The notes under the pieces are model-generated. The model was not told the origin of the DNA. It worked only from the letters and a program-made list of their open reading frames with translations, and ran no database searches. 64,000 nucleotides of DNA from an uncultured Candidatus Saccharibacteria bacterium (lineage in GTDB: Bacteria; Patescibacteriota; Minisyncoccia; Phycocordibacterales; CALRHW01), in NCBI GenBank assembly GCA_964390845.1, contig CAYMIL010000002.1, forward strand, positions 33,885 through 97,884, in the 5' to 3' direction. Shown here piece by piece: positions 29,781 through 41,754 of this stretch (within the stretch, counting starts at the first letter, position 1; each line of letters begins with the position of its first letter). The position numbers and the translations under genes were made by a program.

Positions 29781-30191
29781 TTATTTCTTAGGTTTTTTAG
29801 CACCGTAGACAGAACGGCTCGTGTTTCGGTTCTCTACACCAGTAGCATCGAGTACGCCTCGAACAATAGTGTATCGAAGACCAACGTCCTTTACACGACC
29901 ACCTCGAATCATTACCACGGAGTGCTCTTGGAGGTTGTGGCCAATACCTGGGATGTATGCGGTGACTTCCATGCCGTTTGTAAGGCGAACTCGGGCGATT
30001 TTTCGGATAGCTGAGTTAGGCTTTTTTGGAGTCTTTGTTGTTACCTTTGTACATACACCTCGCTTAAATGGAGCGGCGTAGTATACGGGTCGGTTTTTAA
30101 TCACATTGAAACCACGAGAAAGAGCGACAGCCTTAGACTTTCGCTTAATTTTGCTTCGGTTTCGTTTTACGAGCTGATTTATTGTTGACAT
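29781..30191 (-). CDS. rpsL: 30S ribosomal protein S12
   Basis: [30 protein letters not shown]. Confidence 0.99.
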   Translation of the reverse strand: MSTINQLVKRNRSKIKRKSKAVALSRGFNVIKNRPVYYAAPFKRGVCTKVTTKTPKKPNSAIRKIARVRLTNGMEVTAYIPGIGHNLQEHSVVMIRGGRVKDVGLRYTIVRGVLDATGVENRNTSRSVYGAKKPKK

Positions 30192-30287
30192 GCCTTGTGG
30201 GCGAAATTAAAACCGCAACGCGGAATACGGGATACTTTAATATGTAACGCTAAAAAATGCAAGTGCCGAGCGCAAGACCCTGCTCCC

Positions 30288-30896
30288 CTAAAGCCCAAGG
30301 ATAAGCCGAAAGACCATCTCAACAACAGGATAGAGAAACTGCCAGAGGAAAAAGATAAAGATGAGCACAAACATAAAGCCATATCGCTCAAGGAATTCGC
30401 GAACCCTCCTCATGTGATATGGCAAGAAAGCAAAGAGTATTTTTGACCCATCGAGTGGAGGAATGGGCACGAGATTAAACACCGCCAAAAGAATATTGAT
30501 GAACACGAGAGTGGCTGTCGCCGAAAGAAGGCTGTCCGGCAATATACCGAGCGGACCAACAAACCGAAGCGCAAGTCCAAACACAAGTGCAATCGACAGA
30601 TTTGAGAGTGGCCCCGCTGCCGCAACAATTGCCTCGCCCCATCGCTGGTTGCGCAGGTTGTATGGGTTGTATGGCACCGGCTTTGCCCAGCCAAACACAA
30701 TCCCCGTACGGGTGAGCACAAAGAGTACTGGAATGATAATCGAACCCCATAGGTCTATATGTTTGAGCGGATTGGGGGTAAGGCGCCCTTGGAGCTTTGC
30801 GGTTGGATCACCAAGATAGTACGCTGCGTATCCATGGGACACCTCATGAACAACAACTGACATAATAAGGAGAAGTATTTCAAAAAGTGTGTCCAT
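30288..30896 (-). CDS. site-2 protease (M50 family)
   Basis: HEVSH, GRLTPNP, NLVPIPPLDGSK. Confidence 0.9.
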   Translation of the reverse strand: MDTLFEILLLIMSVVVHEVSHGYAAYYLGDPTAKLQGRLTPNPLKHIDLWGSIIIPVLFVLTRTGIVFGWAKPVPYNPYNLRNQRWGEAIVAAAGPLSNLSIALVFGLALRFVGPLGILPDSLLSATATLVFINILLAVFNLVPIPPLDGSKILFAFLPYHMRRVREFLERYGFMFVLIFIFFLWQFLYPVVEMVFRLILGL

Positions 30897-30957
30897 GGGT
30901 GGGTATGGCTTGCCAAATATAGGAGTTATGATACCATACGGTTCATTCAATAAAAAC

Positions 30958-31200
30958 ATGGCTAGGACTTGCGCAATCACAAAACGAGGTTCAATTGTAG
31001 GAGGCGGATACAGCAACCGCACTCGTGCAACGCAGTTTAACCCTACAGGGAAGGTCCGCAAATACATCAATCTCAAGCGGAAGAAAATTTACGTGCCTGA
31101 GCTCAAGAAGCACGTTGTATTGACCGTCTCCACTCGAGCGCTCAAGACCATCAACAAGAACGGTGCATTCTCAACTCTCAAGAAAGCAGGACTCATTTAA
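30958..31200 (+). CDS. rpmB: 50S ribosomal protein L28
   Basis: MARTCAITKR...NLKRKKI...VSTRALKTI. Confidence 0.9.
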   Translation: MARTCAITKRGSIVGGGYSNRTRATQFNPTGKVRKYINLKRKKIYVPELKKHVVLTVSTRALKTINKNGAFSTLKKAGLI

Positions 31201-31241
31201 AAAAAATAACCGCTCGGCAAATGCCGGGCGGTTATTTTTTT
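31201..31241. terminator. bidirectional intrinsic terminator
   Basis: aaaaaataaccgctcggc-aaat-gccgggcggttattttttt. Confidence 0.85.
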
Positions 31242-32089
31242 GCCCATTGTAGACCATCAGACTCAAACACAATTCTCCCCTCTGCATACGTACCAAACAC
31301 TTGGACGCCAAAAGAGCGCAATCTGTCTACAACTATCGGCGACGGGTGGCCATATGAATTCTTTTTACCAGCCGAAATGACTGCATACATGGGCGAGACA
31401 GCCTGTAGAAATTCATCACTTGTTGATGTTTTCGACCCATGATGGCCGACCTTGAGAATGTCGCTGTCGAGCATATCGGCATCAAGACCGACGAGGTGTT
31501 TTTCTGTTTTCTCCGGAGCATCACCCGTAAGCATCATCGTCGTGCTGCCATACACAAGCTTTGCGACAATCGAGCCGTCGTTTGTAGACAAAGCCGATGG
31601 ATCAGTATCTGGAAAAAGCACAAGAAGATGCACACCCTCATCAAGAACAATATCCATGCCCCTACGCGCGAGAACTCGACGAGAACCCTCTGCAACAACG
31701 AGCCTTTCTAACTGTGCATACGTCGCACTATCTGAAACAGTGCCCGGCTCTAGAACGAGCGACACGTCGTATCGCCGTAGCACATCGATAAACCCTCCAA
31801 TATGATCCTTGTCCGGATTAGTTACCATAAGCACATCAATAGTATGGTCAAAAAACGACATCTGCGAACGCAGTTGTGCCAATACCTTAGCAGAAGAACC
31901 ACCATCGATAAGAATCTGGCGTCCATGTGGCGTTTCTATAAAAATAGCGTCCCCCTGCCCCACATCAAGTACGGCGACACTGAGTACACCTCTGCCATCA
32001 AGACGCACGAGAGCGCACACTGAGACGATGTATACACACAGACATAGCGCGGTCGCAGAAAGTAGTGGAAATGTAAGCAGGTATTTCAT
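31232..32089 (-). CDS. ComEC/Rec2 metallo-beta-lactamase domain protein (standalone)
   Basis: LDVGQGDA, TNPDKDHIGG, LTGDA, KVGHHGSKTS, NSYGHP. Confidence 0.88.
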   Translation of the reverse strand: MKYLLTFPLLSATALCLCVYIVSVCALVRLDGRGVLSVAVLDVGQGDAIFIETPHGRQILIDGGSSAKVLAQLRSQMSFFDHTIDVLMVTNPDKDHIGGFIDVLRRYDVSLVLEPGTVSDSATYAQLERLVVAEGSRRVLARRGMDIVLDEGVHLLVLFPDTDPSALSTNDGSIVAKLVYGSTTMMLTGDAPEKTEKHLVGLDADMLDSDILKVGHHGSKTSTSDEFLQAVSPMYAVISAGKKNSYGHPSPIVVDRLRSFGVQVFGTYAEGRIVFESDGLQWAKK

Positions 32090-32111
32090 AAGTTTGATAT
32101 AGTATGCGCAT

Positions 32112-32711
32112 ATGAAACCATACACCGAACACACATTTTCGATTCCTGAACTTGCAGGAATTTCGAAAAAAAATATTGAAGAGCATCTTAAGCTCTACGC
32201 GGGCTACGTAAAAAGCGTAAACACCATTTTTAGCAAGATTGAAGAACTACGTACCGATAGTGAAAAAAACGCGTACGTACTAGGCGAGCTTCAACGACGA
32301 CTCGGATTTGAATTTGATGGTATGCGCAATCATGAATACTATTTCAAAAGCCTCGAAGGTGGAGCTACCGCTCTCGCTGAAGGATCACTCAAGCAGGCAC
32401 TTGAAGCACAATTTGGTAGTGTTGACGCGTGGATGAACACGTTTTCAGCACTCGCCCTCACTCGAGGTGTCGGTTGGGCGATACTGTACTGGGATCATCA
32501 GACGGAGCAATTTGTGCACACATGGGTAGAAGAACAGCATCTCGGCCACCTCGTCGGCCTTCAGCCGGTGCTCGCGCTCGATATGTGGGAACACGCATAC
32601 GTCTACGACTACCCAACATCTGAAAAGAAAAAATATATCGCGGCATTTTTTGCAAATCTTAACTGGTCCGTTGTTGAACAAAACTTCGCCGACGCACAAA
32701 CTCGATCATAA
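32112..32711 (+). CDS. sod: Fe/Mn superoxide dismutase
   Basis: H.KLYAGYV, NHEYYF, DMWEHAY metal ligands. Confidence 0.92.
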   Translation: MKPYTEHTFSIPELAGISKKNIEEHLKLYAGYVKSVNTIFSKIEELRTDSEKNAYVLGELQRRLGFEFDGMRNHEYYFKSLEGGATALAEGSLKQALEAQFGSVDAWMNTFSALALTRGVGWAILYWDHQTEQFVHTWVEEQHLGHLVGLQPVLALDMWEHAYVYDYPTSEKKKYIAAFFANLNWSVVEQNFADAQTRS

Positions 32712-34152
32712 ACACAACATAAAACACAACAACAAGCCACGCGGAGATGCGTGGCACTGTTGTATATGCATACGGCACTGACGCACCAAACTCAACAACG
32801 ACAAGCGCATACCGCAACAACATATATGCGCCCAAGCCGATCATTGTAGAGCATATCGGCAAAAGAAAACCAACAACACCCGCGAGAAAACTAAGACCCA
32901 TCGCGGAAGGTATGAGTGGCGGCACAAGAACATTTGTGACCAAAGAGATAAACGACACCATACCTGTCATATATACAAGCATCGGGAACAAAAAACACTG
33001 CGTCGCAAGTGTCGTTGCAACGCATGCGCGCAGACCAAACTTCTCTGGAATAATACTAAGGCGCGATTCAAAAAAAGGAACACATGCAACAAGAGCAAAT
33101 GTTGCCATGCACGATAATTGAAATGATGGGTCGGAGATGAGGATGAGTGGGTTGTGCAAGACCATCACCGTAGCGGCAATGGCAAGCGCGCGGAGTAAAT
33201 CATATTCCCTGCCATATGCCCGAGCAACAAGAGCGATGCACGCCATAATGGACGCGCGCACGACAGTAGCGCCACTGCCCGTTACAATTGCGAAGACGAT
33301 AATACCGAACACCCCACCGAGAACGCCCGAAGGTTTCGGGAGAAATGAAAACATTTTTATAATACACTCCGCGACAATAGTAACGTTGTAACCAGAAAGT
33401 ACGACGATATGCACCAAGCCCACCTGACGAAACTTTTCTTGCAAATCCTTACCCAGCGACTGTTTTGTCCCAAGGAGAATTCCTCCCGCAAGCGCGGACT
33501 CTGGAGATGGAATGGCGTATTCTATACGGGCAATAAATGCTTGCTTTGCATACAGCAGTGCACGACGCAGAAATGATCCGTGTCCGCGAGATAATAGAGA
33601 AAATGTGGGATTGTCTACATAATACCCAACATTATCTTTTTCTAGATACGCGCGATAATCGAACACTCGCCCCGTGTCAGTTTCAAAATTTTCTGGCAAC
33701 TGCAGAAGACCCGAGAGGCGGACTTCATCGCCGTACAAAAACTCTGTATCGGTATACGGCGCCACCACAAGTATATCGTGGCGGTACCCCTCAAGTGTGG
33801 TGTTGTTGTAAAGATGTGGCGTTACCATGAGACGCACATGTGTCTCGCGCCTATCTGGCTCTTCTGAAACAACACCAACAATATCGACCACCTCCCCCAC
33901 GGCATGCACCAAAGCATCGTGTGCCCGATATGAAAGTGTGTATGCATGGCGCGCTACGCCAACACACACACTACACAAGCACACACCCATAAGAAAGACG
34001 CGCGGATGTGCTCGATACACATACGTACACACCGCACAACAACACGCGAGGAACATCGCCGCATATCCAGATACGATGTGAAACAGCACAGTGTTGAGCG
34101 CAACACCACATAAAAAACCAGCAACACTTGTATACAACACCCTTGAAGGCAT
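32659..34152 (-). CDS. comEC: ComEC/Rec2 competence channel (OB and competence domains)
   Basis: GLVHIVVLSGYN, VVRASIM, SFQLS, many TM segments; start 34152 or 34167. Confidence 0.92.
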   Translation of the reverse strand: MPSRVLYTSVAGFLCGVALNTVLFHIVSGYAAMFLACCCAVCTYVYRAHPRVFLMGVCLCSVCVGVARHAYTLSYRAHDALVHAVGEVVDIVGVVSEEPDRRETHVRLMVTPHLYNNTTLEGYRHDILVVAPYTDTEFLYGDEVRLSGLLQLPENFETDTGRVFDYRAYLEKDNVGYYVDNPTFSLLSRGHGSFLRRALLYAKQAFIARIEYAIPSPESALAGGILLGTKQSLGKDLQEKFRQVGLVHIVVLSGYNVTIVAECIIKMFSFLPKPSGVLGGVFGIIVFAIVTGSGATVVRASIMACIALVARAYGREYDLLRALAIAATVMVLHNPLILISDPSFQLSCMATFALVACVPFFESRLSIIPEKFGLRACVATTLATQCFLFPMLVYMTGMVSFISLVTNVLVPPLIPSAMGLSFLAGVVGFLLPICSTMIGLGAYMLLRYALVVVEFGASVPYAYTTVPRISAWLVVVFYVVFMIEFVRRRSFVQQRTS

Positions 34153-34224
34153 ACGCCCAGTATGCACATACGCGATACATTTTTTCTAAAGAGAACATAA
34201 AAGACTGTTATACTAAAAGTACAC

Positions 34225-34701
34225 ATGAAAAAGAATTCATCGGGGTTATCTATCGTGGAAATTATCGTGAGTGTCGCCATCCTCTCTCTATTTGCAACAA
34301 TTAGTTTGTATTCTTTTTTTGCACTAAGCCGTCGTAGTGCGCTCGACACAAGTGCAACCATCGTAAAATCTGTACTCACTGAAGCGCGTTCAAAAACACT
34401 CGCGGGAGAAAGTGGCACTCGATACGGTGTGTATTTTTCCTCCTCATCAGTCACCACCTTCTCTGGAACGTCATACACAGCAAACGCATCGGGAAATGTT
34501 GTTAGCCCCCTTCAATCAGGTGTCACCATTTCAAATGTCTCACTCGCTGGAGGTGGCGCATGCTCAAGCTCATCATGCAACATCATCTTCAACCGTCTCA
34601 CTGGCGAGACATCACTTGCAGGGACAAGCACCGTAACACTTCGCGGGCAAGATGGCGCAACAACGAGCGTTACAATTTTCGGCACAGGTATTGTAGAATA
34701 A
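34225..34701 (+). CDS. type IV minor pilin (FimT/GspH-like)
   Basis: Class III signal SSG|LSIVEIIV; LTEARSKT. Confidence 0.85.
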   Translation: MKKNSSGLSIVEIIVSVAILSLFATISLYSFFALSRRSALDTSATIVKSVLTEARSKTLAGESGTRYGVYFSSSSVTTFSGTSYTANASGNVVSPLQSGVTISNVSLAGGGACSSSSCNIIFNRLTGETSLAGTSTVTLRGQDGATTSVTIFGTGIVE

Positions 34702-34706
34702 CTATC

Positions 34707-35189
34707 ATGAACGCACGCAAAGGTATGGTTCTTGCAGAAGCACTTGTTGGCGCATCCGTGCTGATTGTGTTTATCTCCGCACTCGTGCTTGCGCAACGCA
34801 TCTTTATCGCGCAGTCATCGATGTCTATCGACAAAACACAGTCTGCACTCCTTGCAGAAGAAGGTATCGAGGTTGCAAAGTTTTTGCGTGATGAAAACTG
34901 GGCAAATATCGCCTGCGCAAGCACAACCTGTGGTCCCTACGGCCTCCAGTGGGATACGACGTGGTCAACAACCACATCCGCCGAAATTATCGACGAAAAA
35001 TTTTATCGCACCCTCACTATCGACCGCGTCTGTCGTAACAACAGCACATTTGCCATAGCATCATCATGTTCTGGTGCTGTTACCAACGATCCAAACACCA
35101 AAAAGGTAACCATTTCCGTATCGTGGTCGCGCAACAACGCGACAACAACAAAAACGATGGCGACATATCTCACCAACTTCCATGAATAA
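34707..35189 (+). CDS. type IV minor pilin (PilV-like)
   Basis: RKG|MVLAEALV; LAEEGIE; KKVTISVSW. Confidence 0.8.
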   Translation: MNARKGMVLAEALVGASVLIVFISALVLAQRIFIAQSSMSIDKTQSALLAEEGIEVAKFLRDENWANIACASTTCGPYGLQWDTTWSTTTSAEIIDEKFYRTLTIDRVCRNNSTFAIASSCSGAVTNDPNTKKVTISVSWSRNNATTTKTMATYLTNFHE

Positions 35190-35694
35190 GCACAGAGGAT
35201 TTAGCTTGGCAGAAATGATTGTGTACGTCGCGCTCGTAGCGATGCTCCTCTTTATCGTTATCAACATTCTCATTGTGGGGCTCAACATGTATCGACGCTT
35301 TGATGCGGCGCGCAATGTGCAGGATGCGGCAATTGCTGTAATCGAGCGGGTCGTATCCGAATCTCGCAACGCATCAATGATCAGTGTCGAGGCATCTGGC
35401 GTCGACAGCAGTGGCCAAAACGCTCTCGTTATGTACAACGAAAACGATGCTCGGTTGGCACAATTCACCATTGGCACCGATGGTATCATTCGGCTCTACA
35501 ACAGTAGCGGAAACCTCGTTGGCCCCCTTACTCCAAAGGATGTAACCGCTGCGGGGTCGTATTTCCTCATTGCATCAAGCACTTCTGGTACGCCACTGGC
35601 GCGCGTGATCCTCATTCTTCGTTCAGGCGAAGGAGAGACAGAGCGCACAGAAAATTTTTACACATCTGTCGTGCCTCGCGGTTCATATAAATAA
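35182..35694 (+). CDS. type IV minor pilin (PilW/PulJ-like)
   Basis: HRG|FSLAEMIVY. Confidence 0.85.
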   Translation: MNKHRGFSLAEMIVYVALVAMLLFIVINILIVGLNMYRRFDAARNVQDAAIAVIERVVSESRNASMISVEASGVDSSGQNALVMYNENDARLAQFTIGTDGIIRLYNSSGNLVGPLTPKDVTAAGSYFLIASSTSGTPLARVILILRSGEGETERTENFYTSVVPRGSYK

Positions 35695-35699
35695 ACACC

Positions 35700-37718
35700 A
35701 TGCGTTCCCTTTTTAAACACATACACAACACACGCGGAGGATACGTTGTACTCACAGCGGCCCTTTGTTTTATCGCAGTATCACTCACTATTATTTTTGG
35801 TATTGTGTCGCCGGCAATCGCACAGGTAAAAAATTCTTCTCGTTCGTTTGTGTCGCGCGAAAGCTATTTTCTCGCTGAGGCAGGAGTCGAAGATGCAGTG
35901 TACCAGTTCAAAAACGGATACACCCCAACATCAGGACAGCTCAGTATCAATGGCGAAACTGTAGCTGTCACCATAGCAACAGGTAACGGCTCGACCACCA
36001 TCACCGCGACAGGTGATAAAAACAACACCGAGCGAAAGGTAGAAGCTGAGCTCGTTGGCGACACCGGTGCTATTTTCAACAATGCCGTATTCTCTGGTAA
36101 TGGTGGTTTTAGCATCACCGGCGGATCACAGATTATCGGTAGCGTATATTCCAACGGCGACATCATCGGTGGTGGTGGTTCTTCGATTTCACAAAATGCT
36201 GTCTCTGCAACGCTTGTAAGCCCATCAGTCAACCAATCAAACGGCACCGTCTTCCCTCCTGCGTACGGCATTAGCTTTGGAAGCAACGTTGCCCCACAAG
36301 ATGTCGCGCAAAGTTTCCAAGTTTCCACATCAACAGCGATAACCGCGATCCGTCTGTATATCAAAAAGAGCACAAGCGGATGGATGAACGACATCACCTT
36401 GCGCATCATGAGCAACAACTCGGGCACAGGAAACCCAGGCACAACAAGTATCGCATCCGTTAATATTCCCGCATCGCAGATTTCTACATCATACGGTTAC
36501 CTCGCAGTAACCCTTCCAACAGCGCCCACACTCACACCAGGTACAACATACTGGATCGTCCTTGATACAGGCTCAACCTACGGAGCGTCATACACCATTG
36601 GCGCGGCGAGTGCGTCATACGCAAATGGCCTCGCGAAAGTTGGAACATACAATAGTAGCTGGTCCAACACATCTCCATCTGGACTCGATGCATATTTCGA
36701 CATTGTTGTCGGTGGCGACCCGGGCGTCATTTCTGGCTTAAGTATTGGCGGTGATGCGTGGGCGTACAATGTTGCAAACTCGTCTATTTCAGGAACAGCG
36801 TATTGCCAGATTGGCTCCGGCAACAACAAGTCCTGCAACACGACGCGGACAGACCCAAGCCCTGTCGGCTTCCCCATCTCCGACACAAATGTCACAACAT
36901 GGAAAGCAGGTGTTACCTCAGCAATTTCTCCGGCAATTACTGGCGGATGGACATACACAGGCAATCTCACTATCGGATACCAGGGCACCACAACTTCAAC
37001 ACTCAAGAAAGTAAACGGAAATCTTACGCTCTCTTGCTCAAGCGCTCCCGCAACATTTGGAGATTTGTGGGTTACCGGAAACGTGACGATTGGTAGTGGT
37101 TGTATCTTTAACGCAAATCAGGTAAAAATCGATGGCTCATTCAACGCGGGTTCTGGCCAAGGCAACATCGGCGCGCTTGAGGTGGTGGGAAATATTAGCA
37201 TCACAAGCGGAAACACATTGACCGCTGGGCCGATTAAAGTCGGTGGCGATCTCACTGTCGGCTCCACAGCGCTTGTCCTCAAGGGCACCCTGTGGACCGT
37301 CGGTAAAATTACTGTACAAAGCGGAGCGGCTGTGAGACTCCACTCATCCTACGGTACTCAACCAGGTGTCATCGTTGTCGACGGACGTGTCGACCTCGGA
37401 GGCGGCGGATCATTCTCTGGTTCTGGACAAACAGGAAGCTACCCTGTGCTTGTATCCCTCAGTACGTGTCCGACAGGTACCGGCTGTAGTAGCAACAACG
37501 CTATCCAAATGAGTGGAGGCGCGGGAGCAATTCTCCTTATTGCACAAAACGGAACAGTGAGCATGACCGGTGGAACAGCGGCGAAGGCGCTTATCGGAAA
37601 ACAAGTGGTTCTTTCAAACGGTGCTCGAGTAACATACGACAACAACCTCATCAATCTTGATTTCCAAAGCGGTCCTGCAGATGGCTATGACATCGGACTC
37701 TGGAAAGAAGTTGAGTAG
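35700..37718 (+). CDS. large PilX-like pilin with adhesin-like domains
   Basis: RGG|YVVL without E5; SYFLAEAGVEDA PilX N-terminal motif; AQSF...TYWIVL beta-sandwich; Gly-rich beta-solenoid-like repeats. Confidence 0.75.
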   Translation: MRSLFKHIHNTRGGYVVLTAALCFIAVSLTIIFGIVSPAIAQVKNSSRSFVSRESYFLAEAGVEDAVYQFKNGYTPTSGQLSINGETVAVTIATGNGSTTITATGDKNNTERKVEAELVGDTGAIFNNAVFSGNGGFSITGGSQIIGSVYSNGDIIGGGGSSISQNAVSATLVSPSVNQSNGTVFPPAYGISFGSNVAPQDVAQSFQVSTSTAITAIRLYIKKSTSGWMNDITLRIMSNNSGTGNPGTTSIASVNIPASQISTSYGYLAVTLPTAPTLTPGTTYWIVLDTGSTYGASYTIGAASASYANGLAKVGTYNSSWSNTSPSGLDAYFDIVVGGDPGVISGLSIGGDAWAYNVANSSISGTAYCQIGSGNNKSCNTTRTDPSPVGFPISDTNVTTWKAGVTSAISPAITGGWTYTGNLTIGYQGTTTSTLKKVNGNLTLSCSSAPATFGDLWVTGNVTIGSGCIFNANQVKIDGSFNAGSGQGNIGALEVVGNISITSGNTLTAGPIKVGGDLTVGSTALVLKGTLWTVGKITVQSGAAVRLHSSYGTQPGVIVVDGRVDLGGGGSFSGSGQTGSYPVLVSLSTCPTGTGCSSNNAIQMSGGAGAILLIAQNGTVSMTGGTAAKALIGKQVVLSNGARVTYDNNLINLDFQSGPADGYDIGLWKEVE

Positions 37719-37728
37719 TCTCGAGAAA

Positions 37729-38451
37729 TTATGAAAATGAGGCGATAATCTCCTGCTCCTCTGAAGCGGACAATGCCTTTTTAAAACGTGCGCCGGCAAC
37801 GCCTTTGACGCGGCGCTCGCATTCGGCCCACGTCGCGTGAGTCTCTATCACTCCCCCAACCGCGCTCACATACGAATACGCCTGCGCGCGTGAGCGAGCG
37901 CCGCGCCCACTTTTTTCCCTTTGTCGTTTCTCCACGCGCCCTGTATCTGCAACTGTCTCAGAAAGATCAACTGTGTACTGCGCTCGCGCACCAGAAAAAA
38001 GCTCCACGGCTTTCCCCTCGGCATACGATGAGGCAATTTCATCAACACGCTCATTGCCTGGGATACCGACGTGACCGCCAACATGTTTCCATTCAATCCG
38101 TGCCGAGCGCTCTTCAATAAGCGCACTCAGTGTTTCCCACAAATCCCGATTCACCACGTCCTTTTTTTGTATAGTCTTCCAATTTCTTCGACGCCAATTT
38201 TCAAGCCACGATGTAATACCCGAGATAACATACGAGGAATCCGTGTGCACAACAACACATCCAGGGATAGTGCGCAGTTCTTCAAATGCACGGATTACTG
38301 CCGTAAGCTCCATGCGGTTGTTTGTAGTGTGGTCTTCCCGACCACCACGCTCTACTACCTGCGCTCCATACGCAACAATAGCGCCCCAGCCACCTGGCCC
38401 TGGGTTTCCCTTAGACGCACCATCGCTCCATACAACAATATGACCAGTCAT
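37729..38451 (-). CDS. rnhA: ribonuclease HI with C-terminal hybrid-binding (Cauli_VI-like) domain
   Basis: SDGASKGNPGPGGW, TTNNRMEL, GNERVD; C-terminal TWAECERRVKG..ARFKK. Confidence 0.93.
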   Translation of the reverse strand: MTGHIVVWSDGASKGNPGPGGWGAIVAYGAQVVERGGREDHTTNNRMELTAVIRAFEELRTIPGCVVVHTDSSYVISGITSWLENWRRRNWKTIQKKDVVNRDLWETLSALIEERSARIEWKHVGGHVGIPGNERVDEIASSYAEGKAVELFSGARAQYTVDLSETVADTGRVEKRQREKSGRGARSRAQAYSYVSAVGGVIETHATWAECERRVKGVAGARFKKALSASEEQEIIASFS

Positions 38452-38454
38452 CCG

Positions 38455-40185
38455 CTATACAATAATATCTACAATCCTCAAACGCAATTCTGGAAAATTT
38501 CTAAACATAGATTTCTCAAGTGTGCCAACAAGATTGATACTCATGCCCGCACGCACCGCAGACTTTTGTTCTGAAGAAGCAAAAAAGGCTATTGCTGAAA
38601 CTGGTTTGCCCGACGCCGTAGCAAGTTTGAGCTCAAGATGATTTTTTTCTTTACCAAACATCTTACTTTCTCCGACAACTACACGCTCAAACAAGAAAAG
38701 TGGTTTAGGGTTGCCAACACCAAACGGCGCGAGGCGCTCAACGAGTTTGTATGTATCCCAATTTACGTCATTGATTGAAAGCCGTCTGTCGATGAGGACT
38801 TTTTCTGGCTCGCGAGATGCATGATGAGCGGTGATACGCTCGTACGCCGAAACAATCGCATCTTCAAGCGTATGGATATGCTCATGAGAAACAGCGAAGC
38901 CTCCAGACATCGCATGACCACCAAATGTAACAAATGAGTCTTTTGTCGCCTCCATAAGCTCCACAACGCTTACTGTGCCGTCAGAACGACACGACCCTCG
39001 TATGAGCTCGCCACCTTCTCGCCCCCACAAAAATACCGTGCATCCATAATCATTTTTGAGTGTGTTGGCCGCAAGACCAAGCAATGCGGGCTTCCAGTCT
39101 GGATTACCGATTACCAACACCCTCTTAAAAGTTCCATTATCAATACGCTCGGCAATTGTCTTTTTTATCTCCTTTACCATCGACGCAACAATTCCCTTTC
39201 GTTCATTGTTGATGCCATCCAAATGCGTTGAGAGTTCGTCAGCCTCAAGCTCATCGCGCGTTGAAAGAAGTCTAAATGCATCGCGCGGAATACCCATACG
39301 TGACGCCGCGTTTATGCGCGGTGAAATCATAAAGCCAATATCATCTTCGTTGACATGACGTTGGTTTGTTTTTGCGGCACGTAACAATTTCATAAGCCCG
39401 ATACGTGGAGAGATGCGCAATACTTTAAGTCCATAATATGCAAAGACGCGATTCTCACCAACAAGTGGCACCATATCAGAAAGAGTTGCAATACCGACCA
39501 TATCAAGGAGCCACTTTTCCCATCCGTTAGGAATATTTTTTACGATATCTCGCTGACGCGCGGTATACATAAGCGCCTGCACAAATTTGAAAATGACACC
39601 TGCACCACAGAGTATTTTTTCTGGATACTGACACGTTGCTTGTTTTGGATTTACAATCGCATACGCGGGCGGAAGCTCCGAACCTGGCTCATGATGATCG
39701 GTGATGATAACGTCCATACCGAGCTCAACAGCTCTGCGTACCGGTGCAACATCTGCGATACCGCAATCTATCGTGATAACAAGCGCGGTACCTCGCTTGG
39801 CAAACTCTTCAATTGCCGGAATATTAAGGCCGAAACCCTCATCATGGCGATGTGGAATATAATTTTCGAAATGTTCAAAACCAATTTTCTTAAAAAAATC
39901 ATGCAACACCACAGCACCCGGAATACCATCTGCATCATAATCACTAAAAATTACCACCCGCTCCTTGCTTTCAATTGCCTTAAGTACGCGTTCGACAGCC
40001 CGCTCCATATCTTTCATTCGATACGGGTGATGGTTGTCTCGATCGTAATTTGGATTGAGAAATTGCTCGGCGTCTTCGGCGCGAGTGATACCGCGGGCCG
40101 TGAGAAGATCACGTAAGAGCTCCGGATACCCATTCAAACTATCTCCCGATGTCTGAACAGAGTAATCTCGAAGCGCGTAGTTCAT
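38455..40185 (-). CDS. recJ: ssDNA exonuclease RecJ
   Basis: DYDADG, ITDHH, PRINAASR, GGHAMSGG, PFGVGNP. Confidence 0.95.
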   Translation of the reverse strand: MNYALRDYSVQTSGDSLNGYPELLRDLLTARGITRAEDAEQFLNPNYDRDNHHPYRMKDMERAVERVLKAIESKERVVIFSDYDADGIPGAVVLHDFFKKIGFEHFENYIPHRHDEGFGLNIPAIEEFAKRGTALVITIDCGIADVAPVRRAVELGMDVIITDHHEPGSELPPAYAIVNPKQATCQYPEKILCGAGVIFKFVQALMYTARQRDIVKNIPNGWEKWLLDMVGIATLSDMVPLVGENRVFAYYGLKVLRISPRIGLMKLLRAAKTNQRHVNEDDIGFMISPRINAASRMGIPRDAFRLLSTRDELEADELSTHLDGINNERKGIVASMVKEIKKTIAERIDNGTFKRVLVIGNPDWKPALLGLAANTLKNDYGCTVFLWGREGGELIRGSCRSDGTVSVVELMEATKDSFVTFGGHAMSGGFAVSHEHIHTLEDAIVSAYERITAHHASREPEKVLIDRRLSINDVNWDTYKLVERLAPFGVGNPKPLFLFERVVVGESKMFGKEKNHLELKLATASGKPVSAIAFFASSEQKSAVRAGMSINLVGTLEKSMFRNFPELRLRIVDIIV

Positions 40186-40223
40186 GTGTTCATTGTATCA
40201 CGTACCGCAGAGTACCATGCTAG

Positions 40224-41740
<1,517 letters not shown>

Positions 41741-41754
<14 letters not shown>

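Noticed and set aside
14000-30200. Many antisense and alternate-frame ORFs over ribosomal genes (for example 21548..22138, 17619..18152)
   Set aside because: Shadows of conserved genes with no motifs or start signals
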